Shown: positions 13,611-24,340 of the stretch, piece by piece | Layout: each line of letters opens with the position of its first letter | Numbering within the stretch: the first letter of the stretch is position 1 | Source: Botryllus schlosseri | Taxonomy: Eukaryota | DNA length: 64,000 nucleotides | Assembly: GCA_051294905.1 (NCBI GenBank) | Contig: CM119371.1 | Coordinates: forward strand, 40,798,001-40,862,000 | Reading direction: 5' to 3' | Translations under genes and position numbers: made by a program | The notes under the pieces: generated by a model | Told to the model about the DNA's origin: nothing | Seen by the model: the letters and a program-made list of their open reading frames with translations, nothing else | The model's database searches: none

Positions 13611-13773
13611 ACCATTTTCGTTTTGAAAACTAACCACCACACCGGGTCAATTTGATATTTTTGGATATTGTTACAACGGACAGTGACAACATTTACACCA
13701 ACAGCGACTCCGATACATTTGTGTAATCGCATTTTCACTTGTTCTGGTGCATCCCATCAAAATCGACGGTTAG

Positions 13774-13806
<33 letters not shown>

Positions 13807-15499
13807 AACAACGCGCTATTTCGATATGACTGCAATGTCCGGATTCGTGCTTTAGATTTTCCAGAATCAATCCGTCTAAAGTTGTAATCCCCCCGACTTT
13901 GTTAACTGGTTGATACACGGATAACAATCTTCGGAAAATGTAGGAAGCATGCTACCCATCGTGCGCACGATTCCAGGTTACTTGTGATTAATTTCCTTGC
14001 TCACACTATACAGATTATACGTACAGGGATATGTAGCGGTAATCGGTTTGGTCAATACATATCGCCCCATCCAGTATGGAATTACAAACCCAATGCAGGC
14101 CAGTTCATAACCGGATCCGGATATTCAATGCAAAGCGATAAAGCAGAACCAATGAACAAATGTAATTAAACATATAGATTCACAACCCTTGATTTTTTTT
14201 TTCGTGAAAAATGACAACACATGTCGAATATACTTTACGATTGTTCAACCCTACCAAGTACTCACGTAAATGTGGTTTATGACATTACATACAATGTGTC
14301 GGTGTACAAATGTTGGGTGTTTATGCACACATCGGTATGACCCATAGACAACATCATCATACCCTCTAGGACTTCAGTCAACTACCATTGGTCTCTCGAT
14401 ACAGCGAACGATACAGTATGCAACACATATCATTAGAGTGATATATCCACAGGTAAATATGGGGACTGGCCACAATAATTGTATCGAGATTTAACCGAGA
14501 TTACTATCCGTTCACTGATTCACTCGATGGTTTTAGCAACTTGAAACATCACAAGATAGACACGACTCGAATTACTAATATTCACAATGTTTATAAGTGT
14601 CGTTACTGATCGCGCACTAAGTCTATATGAATATTCGAAAAATCGGGTATCGCTACTCTCAACACCAGTGATTCGGTTTAAGTTTGAAATCGATTTGGTA
14701 ATGTAATCCAAAATGGTGTGTTTCTGCGGGATCTGTTAACCTTTACAAGAGAGTGCTGTCTCTTTGACGCATGAAACAATTATTATCAACCACACCTTGC
14801 GTGCATCGATTTGTCGGCGTCGTACAATTATTGTGGCCAGTCCCCATATTTACCTGTGGATATATCACTCTAATGATATGTGTTGCATACTGTATCGTTC
14901 GCTGTATCGAGAGACCAATGGTAGTTGACTGAAGTCCTGGAGGGTATGATGATGTTGTCTATGGGTCATACCGATGTGTGCATAAACACCCAACATTTGT
15001 ACACCGACACATTGTATGTAATGTCATAAACCACATTTACGTGAGTACTTGGTAGGGTTGAACAATCGTAAAGTATATTCGACATGTGTTGTCATTTTTC
15101 ACGAAAAAAAAAATCAAGGGTTGTGAATCTATATGTTTAATTACATTTGTTCATTGGTTCTGCTTTATCGCTTTGCATTGAATATCCGGATCCGGTTATG
15201 AACTGGCCTGCATTGGGTTTGTAATTCCATACTGGATGGGGCGATATGTATTGACCAAACCGATTACCGCTACATATCCCTGTACGTATAATCTGTATAG
15301 TGTGAGCAAGGAAATTAATCACAAGTAACCTGGAATCGTGCGCACGATGGGTAGCATGCTTCCTACATTTTCCGAAGATTGTTATCCGTGTATCAACCAG
15401 TTAACAAAGTCGGGGGGATTACAACTTTAGACGGATTGATTCTGGAAAATCTAAAGCACGAATCCGGACATTGCAGTCATATCGAAATAGCGCGTTGTT

Positions 15500-15532
<33 letters not shown>

Positions 15533-15695
15533 CTAACCGTCGATTTTGATGGGATGCACCAGAACAAGTGAAAATGCGATTACACAAATGTATCGGAGTC
15601 GCTGTTGGTGTAAATGTTGTCACTGTCCGTTGTAACAATATCCAAAAATATCAAATTGACCCGGTGTGGTGGTTAGTTTTCAAAACGAAAATGGT

Positions 15696-16446
15696 ATTGT
15701 TACCCAGGAAAATGATAGATTTCCAAGTGAAACGGTATTGGTACTCAGGTAAATGACAGATTTCCAAGTGGAAATGTATTGTTACACTGGGTAAACGCCG
15801 GATCTCTAAAGGAAAATGATATTTTTACTCGGGTAAACGACGGACCACCAAGTGAAAATGGTTTGTTGCTCAGGGAAAAAGGTTTGTTACCCGGGGAAAA
15901 AATATATTTCCAAGTGAAAAAGGTTTGTTAACCAGAGAAAAAATATATTTCCAAGTGAAAAAGGTTTGTTAACCAGAGAAAAAATATATTTCCAAGTGAA
16001 AAAGGTTTGTTACCAAGAGAAAAAATATATTTCCAAGTGAAAAAGGTTTGTTAGCCAGAGAAAAAATATATTTCCAAGTGAAAAAGGTTTGTTATCCAGA
16101 GAAAAAATAGATTTCCAAAGGAAAAGGGGTTTGTTACCCAGAGAAAAAATATATTTCCAAGTGAAAAAGGTTTGTTAACCAGAGAAAAAATATATTTCCA
16201 AGTGAGAAAGGTTTGTTACCCAGAGAAAAAATAGATTTCCAAAGGAAAAGGGGTTTGTTACCCAGAGAAAAAATATATTTCCAAGTGAAAAAGGTTTGTT
16301 ACCAAGAGAAAAAATATATTTCCAAGTGAAAAAGGTTTGTTATACAGGGCAAAAATAGATTTCCAAGTGAAAAGGGGTTTGTTATCCAGGTCAAAAATAT
16401 ATTTCCAAGTGAAAAGGGGATTGTTACACTGGGTAAACGATAAATC
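15696..16446 (-). repeat. 41-bp minisatellite, mirror copy
   Basis: Reverse complement of 12860-13610. Confidence 0.9.
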
Positions 16447-19400
16447 TCCAATGGACAATGGTATTTTTAGTCAGGTAACGGCTGACCTCCAGGTGAAAAT
16501 GGAAATTTTACTTGGGTAGGTATCGTATGTTTAGTGTCGTTGGTATTGTTAAACGTTGTCGCCGGTAGCCGTTGGTATACTATTACGAGTGTGAAAAGGA
16601 TTTGCACGCCCTGTGCAGAGTATCGCGGTGGTGAACATATTTTTCGCGTGACGAAACACGATCGCTGTTTAAATGTTAATGCATGCATTTCGATTTCCGA
16701 GTTGCTGTACAATAGAGATGACTCCGCGTTAGACCGCGCTGTGTACTTCGATTAAAACCACAAGACCACGTGTAAATCTATTCGCGCAACTAGATGATGT
16801 TGATATAGTGTTACTAAAATTAATTATTACCTATTTACACAACATAAAAAAATAACAATTCATGTCGTAGCAGGTTTCTTGAACTCGTGCTTGATGAAAA
16901 CGATTGGCGACAAGTATGCGTTTGTGTTTGAGTGAAAAATAATTATTTAGAGTAGTGACATTTTGTGACCAACGAATGCAAATCGATCATGATATTACAA
17001 TATACGCTTTCGTCAACATAACGACTTGGCGCAGGAGAAACACTTTCATGTTTTTTCAATAACTGGATTCTCGAGACTTGTTACTTGTACCATGTACCGT
17101 TGGTGACTATAACGGCCATTTTGTATGATAGTACGTTTAGCTGTTTTGTTGTTAGGGTAATCACTTGATGACCCAGCACTTTTTGTTAGCAAAGTAGATT
17201 GATTTGTGTGTAAGATGTAAGCGCCGTAACTAGAAAACATATGTACTCTGTTGTTGGAGTAGCTGATTTATTGCTATGACACGGACATATCCTGAAACCT
17301 TGGTTGGTTTGTTGTCTTACGAAAGATGTGGTGACCTCGGTGTCGTAAATTGTGTTAACTAAACCCGGATGGATACCACAATTGTGCTGGACTTACACAT
17401 GGTATTCGCATACTGCACGCATACAAACTTTTGTGTAAACAACTCTGATGTTTCTGTTGGTACTAGTGCTGTGTTGAACTATTTGGTTCTTAAGACACAT
17501 GAACACCCATTCAGACAATAAAGGTCTTGTGATATCGAAACAGTTTGTAGAGTCTAACCAACCATTCTTTAGTTTCGTAATGCGAGAATATCGAGTAAAG
17601 TTAATTACTTAATGCGATGTTAATATCCTTCGTACTTTTGTAAGAGTTGTGGAGTAACATACCAAGTAACTAGTTGACACAAACAAAATATTGAATGACT
17701 GCTAACGCATTGAGTTCATAATCCAAGAGGGTGAAATTTGTTTACTGTTAAACTAACATAACTCGTATCCAGCGAAACAGATACAATCCGGTGATGTGAT
17801 GTTGGTCAATATCCGTTTTGTAAAGATTGAGTAAATCCTCTTCCGTCAGGTGGGTGTGGTTCAAATCAATAGCATGTTACACATAAACATCATTTGTATT
17901 GAGGGTGATATTGTTGAGTGATGATGCCGCAACAACACAACAAGTATTATTTTGTATCGTGTGTTTGTGCTTTAGGAATAGCGAAGTGTGTGATATTTTG
18001 GATATCTGTGTTCGGCTGAAATAGGGTTGTCCTTGGGTCTTGTGTTGGGTAAATCAGAACTATGTCTAGAATTCAAGCACGTCCAAGTAACGTCTTTTAG
18101 TGACAGAGTATTGTGATGACATTTACTTTAGCGAATGACAACGGAAAAATTTCCAATTTCTCTGATCGTGTGTGTGTGTGTGTGTGTGTGTTTTACAAAT
18201 AATTCCAGTACACCTAACTATAGGATACATTTAGTAAACATCGTGCAAATTGTTTCTTTGTGATGGTAACGACTTTCGGCGGCTTAGTTTCATGTCGGGA
18301 ATTATTATTTGAGGGTTCAAAAACAATTTCAATCAATACTAGAAATGAACAACAATGCAAAACACGTTTAGCAAATAACAGTGTAGCAAGTACTTTTTTG
18401 ATATTACGAGTGTTGGATACTAGACACTTCTAGTTGAATTGGATGCATCTAACAAACATATCACAATTTACTTTTACGATAATCAAAGTCTTAGAGTGTA
18501 TAACCTTGCGATATTTTACATTTAGCACGCACAATGGGGAGTTACTGAAATGATTAAGAATTTATCGCTAGCTTCGAACGGTACTCGATACTCAAAGTGA
18601 TATTTTCACACTCTGTAAAGTGCATATGTTTCAATTCTCTGTCGCGAATTCCGACAGTAACGACATTGATGTTAAATCCTCACCCGTGGTTATTGTAAGT
18701 GAATCCTAAACATCGCAACAGTCGGTATGGAAATCGAACGCGTGCGTACTTTTAGATAGGTGACACTAACAAGTTTATTACACCGTGAAATACTCTGAAA
18801 CGTCGATTCGTGATTGTGTTAGCTATATTCATCTTCCATATCTGTGGACACAAAGATATCTTGACTTTGGTTACAACTCACTCGAAACGAATTGTCGCGG
18901 GTAATCTAGAAAAGCACAAGTCGAAGACGAATGATTTGATTTCAATAAACTAAAAAATTCCTTTTGTTTTGATGTTGGATTTAATACAATTTGTGTGACT
19001 ATACCGAATTCGAATCCGAAAGTGCAATGTTACTTTAGTAGAAAAATTGGATGACTCGCATTTTGATATTGATAGATGTGTAGAGTAATATGACTAGTTT
19101 ATAAAATCTCGGTAATGTTTTTTCGTCATGTCTGTGATCAACAAATATGTGATCAAGTCTTACCATTCGATATTAACTTTCGCAGTCGGTGTAATTTGTT
19201 GAAGTAACAATACCGACGAGTTCAATAATATTCCCCATCGATGCATTCGAATAATCCGTCAGCTGCAAGCGGATTTAAAACTTGATGGTATTTCGCGGTT
19301 AACTCAAGTCAGTGGTCGTGTTTGTGTTGATTTCAGGAATGATCATGACGAGTTGCCTGGGTAGATTAGTTAATGTGGTTGTAACTACGACCGTACAGAG

Positions 19401-20159
19401 TTGCTGACACCCCAATATCTTTTACGCTGTAATATACGGATTTATTTGTGATAAATTAATTCTCAGTTATTGTTCAGACATTCAAATCTCGTATACTCAA
19501 AATATAAAATGTCCAAGTCAAATCGTATATGCGCCGATTAGTAAATACTTTGTCTTCAAAATAGTAACTACCTTTACAATTGAATAAAAAGATAGAGCAT
19601 ACGAATACAACCAGGATGAATTAATTCAAATTTGTGAGTTGTAATGATATAATCAAGTAAGTGAAACTAGATTTTTAACAATTGTTAATGTTGTGAATAA
19701 TTCTTTTGAGTTTGAAATGTGGCTGGATCAAAGTTGGTAGTCATGTTTGTCAAACCTATTTCAATTCACGCAATGTCAAAGTCCAAATATTTCATTCTGG
19801 ATTATTTGGATTTACCTTTAGTACATCCCGCGAATGGATTTAAAGTTGGCAAATTACCAAAATGATTGAATAATATCGGGTCAGAGATAGTTGGTATTGA
19901 TTCTATAAGTGTTAAAACAGCGGCGTGGAATGTGTGAATGATCCGATGAGGGTGAATGTTGGCGTCAGTAATATTCAGGTTACGTTCGATTCAACAGATC
20001 GCGTTAATAGGATTTGAGTTGGGTCGAATCAATACATTCAAATACGATTCAACTTGATTTGTGTAGTGAGTTACACTGATGACTCCCACTTTATCAAACG
20101 ATATGACATCGAACAGCGTCAACACTATGCAAGTCGGAGCAACTTCAAATTTTCACGTC

Positions 20160-21274
20160 AGTAGTATAGTCGATCGCTCGCATGCGGCTATAGGGTTCTT
20201 ATGGGCGGGGTGGCACGGTGCCGAGAAAACCGGGGGTGGCACGGTGACCCTTATATCTTATGGCGGGGGTGGCACGGTGCCATTGTGTCTTATGGCGGGG
20301 GTGGCACGGTTACTTTTTCGGGTATAGGCTGCGGCGGCACGGTGCCGCGAAAACTCGTGGTGACATGGTTACCTTTTCAGGTATAGGCGCGGTGACATGG
20401 TGACCTTTCAGGAGAGATGATTTGACTAACGTTGTGGGTATAGGCGCGGCGGCACGGTGTTGAATATGTATCAAGTAAATAGTCATGTGATTGGTCTTTA
20501 GTTAATGTGTATATTCCAAATTACGGTGAGTGCGACAATGACATATCGTTATTCTTATGGACGCGGCGATGATTCGTACTTTCGAGTATAGACATCCCTC
20601 GCGTGGTGTTGAATATGTACGAGTCACCAACAATAACCGCGCGGACGGAAACGTGGTTTGTTGTGAGGATTACGCGTGCGACCTATATTTCGAATGACCT
20701 GCGCGCTGACTTATTTCTCGTCCAGTCGCTACTATCGATTATTACACTAGACCGGTCAGTGTGAAATAGTTTGATCGTAAATTATGATATACGATGTCGT
20801 AGTTTAATCGTGTCAAATGACCGATCGTGTTCTCTTTCCTCGCTATTGATTGCTAGCTGAATAATACTTTCGGTTTATTCGCTGTTTCGCGCCTACAAAA
20901 TAATCTGCTGTTCACAGGCGCAACAAGAATCACAAGTATATACATTTACACATTCGTTTATTACTCTGAAATCAAACTCTTCACAAAAACACGTACAATC
21001 GTATCATTCACTTTTTTATCATCGCCAAAATTATCCAAGTATTCCTCGGTTGAAAACCCTTGAGCTCTTTTTATCAAGAATGCGATAGCATGATCTCCAC
21101 ACACATCTGAAGTTTTACTCTGTAACTGTTTCCCAGTCACTGAAAATTCATCCGGCTCCAGGAATTCGATTATCTGAGGTTTTAGTGGTCCGAAGCCTAG
21201 CGAATCATGAAAATGAGTATCGTCATCTCTGTATATAGACACCCAGTGAGACCCAGGCAAACTCGACTCATCGT
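20160..21274 (+). repeat. Left TIR of element C (1115 bp)
   Basis: Reverse complement of 34859-35973; contains GCACGGTGC-type internal repeats and the protease 3' part. Confidence 0.95.
20961..21274 (-). pseudogene. 5'-truncated duplicate of the protease gene inside the left TIR
   Basis: DESSLPGSHW...KSLISE is identical to the C-terminal part of 34729-35172; no ATG start (TTG only). Confidence 0.85.
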
Positions 21275-21279
21275 GCAAA

Positions 21280-21915
21280 CTATTCTTTCAATTCAACAAG
21301 TCTAGTTAACGGATCGATTTTCAAGCTGCCGACACAGTTTTTAACACGAGTGAGTTGATATTTCTTCTCGGGTACGAGCGAGGCTTTGTTCCATTGGTCC
21401 AAAACCACCTCACCAGTATCATCCTTCAATGTAAAACTGTATAATTTCAACTCCTTTCCGGCACCAGAATTGACCATCTTCTCCTCTCGAGAAACACAAG
21501 TAGCGGCGATCGAGACGTATTCATCTTTATTTCCGTATACCGATTCACAGGTCAATAATGGGTATTCTTCAGTCGTATGTCTCGATTTTCCATGTAGAGT
21601 TACTGACGAAGCCCGACCAAGTAATACAGCGGGTTTTCCAGTAAATTTATCAATTTGAACCCAACCGGATTTGACCATGAGTTTTTTTCGTTTGGTGAAT
21701 GCTTTCTCAATGTTCCCGAACAAATCACGATTGAAACACGTGAAAGATATCTCTTCGTTATTACCATCGATGAATATACCTTTGAGATATTGGCTAACGC
21801 CACCTCTTTTGGGTGATGAGACGAATTTGACGCCGACGTGAAAATTTGAAGTTGCTCCGACTTGCATAGTGTTGACGCTGCTCGATGCCATATCGTTTGA
21901 TAAAGTGGGAGTCAT
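21280..21915 (-). CDS. Tandem OB-fold protein, RPA/SSB-like (element C)
   Basis: First ATG at 21915. Same OB-like motifs as 8071-8706, with 6 aa differences. TATAAATA on the minus strand at ~21931-21938. Confidence 0.72.
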   Translation of the reverse strand: MTPTLSNDMASSSVNTMQVGATSNFHVGVKFVSSPKRGGVSQYLKGIFIDGNNEEISFTCFNRDLFGNIEKAFTKRKKLMVKSGWVQIDKFTGKPAVLLGRASSVTLHGKSRHTTEEYPLLTCESVYGNKDEYVSIAATCVSREEKMVNSGAGKELKLYSFTLKDDTGEVVLDQWNKASLVPEKKYQLTRVKNCVGSLKIDPLTRLVELKE

Positions 21916-22053
21916 CAACAAACCCGTCGATATTTATAGAATTAGGCACGTTGTATTGAGTGAGTTAACAGTCTTTGTATAATCCTGATGACCCGCGTGA
22001 ATAGACTTGGATTGAAATAAACTTTACAGGAGTTCTGTAAGAAAGGATGCCGT

Positions 22054-22407
22054 TCACAAGTGACAAACGACACGAATGAATTTTCTTCTTACCCAGTCAA
22101 TTATCAATGTACTGTAGTGAGTATTCAAGATGTCTGATGCTAAATCTCTGTACGCCGCTAGGGTACGTATGTCACTTTTCATCGCCGCAATGCTTATGAC
22201 ACTAAAAACCCCGTTCCAGTCGATGCCGTATGATCGAATCGAGTTAACCAATGCGGTAAAATCGCACTTTCGAACACGGCTCACGTTTTGTCCATGTACA
22301 TAGAAATCTAGTACTCCGTGGATGAATTTTTCCGTTTCGCTCAATGCGGGGGTTGTCAAGTTATGATAATAGAGAAGGTAATTCTCAATAATCGCGCTAG
22401 TTGCCAT
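22054..22407 (-). CDS. 117-aa helical protein, possibly a viral Bcl-2-like protein
   Basis: ATG-initiated ORF in the accessory region. SYGIDWNGVFSVISI resembles BH1 (DGVNWGRIVAL) and IIDWVRRK resembles the start of BH2. Confidence 0.5.
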   Translation of the reverse strand: MATSAIIENYLLYYHNLTTPALSETEKFIHGVLDFYVHGQNVSRVRKCDFTALVNSIRSYGIDWNGVFSVISIAAMKSDIRTLAAYRDLASDILNTHYSTLIIDWVRRKFIRVVCHL

Positions 22408-22778
22408 AACGAGTATATGTAACTATCAACTGAAAAAGTAAACCATGAGAATGACACCACAATGTGTTAAAATGGTGAAATACACCGCTCAGATTTCGAA
22501 AAAACAGATGTTGCGGGTGCGTTTGACATATGTGACACAATAAAATCGCCCGTTTCGCTAAACAGGAAATTCACTAAAGCGCAGTGTGCTGTGCGATTTT
22601 GAAAAAACAGATGTCCGCGGCCGCGTTTTGATCTGTGTGACACACTAAATACGTCCGGTTCTGAAATTCGGAAACACGACCGGTTCTGAGGATTACGCAG
22701 TGTGCGTGCGGCCTATATTTCGAATGACCTGCGCGCTGAATTATTTCCCGTCCAGCCGCATGCTACTATCGAATTAAA

Positions 22779-22789
22779 TATATAAATAG
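22779..22789 (+). promoter_or_regulatory. Putative TATA box
   Basis: TATATAAATAG ~90 bp upstream of ATG 22870, directly after an internal copy of a TIR segment. Confidence 0.5.
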
Positions 22790-22869
22790 CCAACACCGCG
22801 ATCTGATTGTTATACTTCGCTGTCGCAGACATAAACGTTGGTTGGAGCAGTTAGATTAATTATTGTACA

Positions 22870-23748
22870 ATGGCCGAGGCTCAGATAGATAATCTTGACA
22901 AATTTGGTTATGAACCAAATGCATTCGAATCGCAATTTGAAGAGAATGCGGATATCTTTGACGCGATTAATCCTGGTGATCTGATGACGCCTGATTTAAG
23001 AGTTGAATCCGCAGAACGCGACCTTACGGCAACGATCGAAATACGACCAAACCATGCAGATATAGCGCACCAGGCGTGGCTGAAGTCGGGTCAACTAGCT
23101 AGAGAAAGCGTGATTAATGATCTCGCGAACTTGTTGACGACACCGTGTGTACCGACCGACGAGACAGCCGTTAGCAACGAATTGCCGAATCCCGAGAAAC
23201 CGTCGACTTCTGGGGTGACGCTACCACGCTCTGCTGAGTCGCTATCGGTGGTTGATACTCCTAAATCTGTATCAATCGACAAGCCGACTCGAAAAAGAAC
23301 CATATCGATGGGGGTGGGCATACCGCCAGCTAAACAGCTTCGTAATGGGAAATCGAAAAATTTGAATCGTACCGAACCCAAACAGAAGGCTGGTAAGAAA
23401 CCTGTGAAATCTAAAAGCGGGAGTGACGATGATTTTCGCGATGACGCGAAGGGAAAGAAGAAGCAGGAAGAAAAGTTATGTCAATACACAGTTGACAAGA
23501 TGGTCACCTACCTCCAGACTATTGACGTTGTTAAGCCGCATTTAGGTTCAATACTATGTTATGTTGATTCATTGATGGAGAAAAAAAATTTGACTGTCAC
23601 AAAGCTCATGACTGACATCAAACGATTGCTTACTGTCAAGGGTCGGCGTTGGAGTCTTGATGAGATTCAACCTGAATTAAATACCGCAACCAATGAGTAC
23701 TTGCATCGACTTCTAGAAATTAGAACAAAATTGAAGTATAATTTGTGA
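22870..23748 (+). CDS. 292-aa hypothetical Polinton accessory protein (acidic N-terminus, disordered basic middle, helical C-terminus)
   Basis: Long ATG ORF in good context (ACAATGG) downstream of a TATA box; no family recognised. Confidence 0.75.
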   Translation: MAEAQIDNLDKFGYEPNAFESQFEENADIFDAINPGDLMTPDLRVESAERDLTATIEIRPNHADIAHQAWLKSGQLARESVINDLANLLTTPCVPTDETAVSNELPNPEKPSTSGVTLPRSAESLSVVDTPKSVSIDKPTRKRTISMGVGIPPAKQLRNGKSKNLNRTEPKQKAGKKPVKSKSGSDDDFRDDAKGKKKQEEKLCQYTVDKMVTYLQTIDVVKPHLGSILCYVDSLMEKKNLTVTKLMTDIKRLLTVKGRRWSLDEIQPELNTATNEYLHRLLEIRTKLKYNL

Positions 23749-24340
23749 TTGTGCTGAATGATTTTCATTGTTGTGAGTGTCTATTCTCAATTTCTGTTTT
23801 CCGTTTCAGATTTTACATTAGAGTCATAAATAAACAATAGATTCTAAAAGCGCAACCACTAGTGGTGCTGGCGCTCTTGTAATCTCGAATCAGCTGTTTA
23901 GGTCTTTCTCTCTGGGTGTCGAGTAGCGAACAACGTGGCTGACTGTCTGGGTATATTCGACTGTGATTGGTGGATAAGGAGTTAATTAGTAAGTTATTCG
24001 GTACGATTACTTTGATTTATGAATATAATTTGTTATTTATTTATCCGCCAGACAAAACAAGCGCGGGATTAAAGAATTGAAACGGTGAGTTATTACTGTT
24101 CCGAATGATAGGAGTGAGATGTAACGATTTTGTTGTTGAACAGACAGAATAAACTCAAGTTGAACGCACGAGTCTACTGGTAAGTTATCTGCTATAACAC
24201 AACGTTAATGAGCATAGCATGATGTGTTGTTTGTTTTATTAAGCATAAAGGAAGACACCAACAAAGAAACTAGATTGTAAGTAAGACTAGTTTAATGTTC
24301 CTCAAGTGTTGAATTTGACCACGTGTTACCAATTTTACAG

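Larger units (their letters stand above)
7261..14483 (+). repeat. Left arm of the element B palindrome
   Basis: Reverse complement of 14823-20159 + 35980-37344. Mirror ORF coordinates sum to 29306. Both arms are 6702 bp after removing arm-specific insertions. Confidence 0.95.

Noticed and set aside
9276..20030. Palindrome as an assembly or foldback-read artefact
   Set aside because: The arms carry different TSD-flanked insertions and a few substitutions, there is a unique spacer, and the whole element has its own TSD. Read-level confirmation is still advisable.
20961..21278. Second functional protease or OB-protease readthrough fusion
   Set aside because: TTG start created by the junction, N-terminal third missing, and out of frame with the OB gene.
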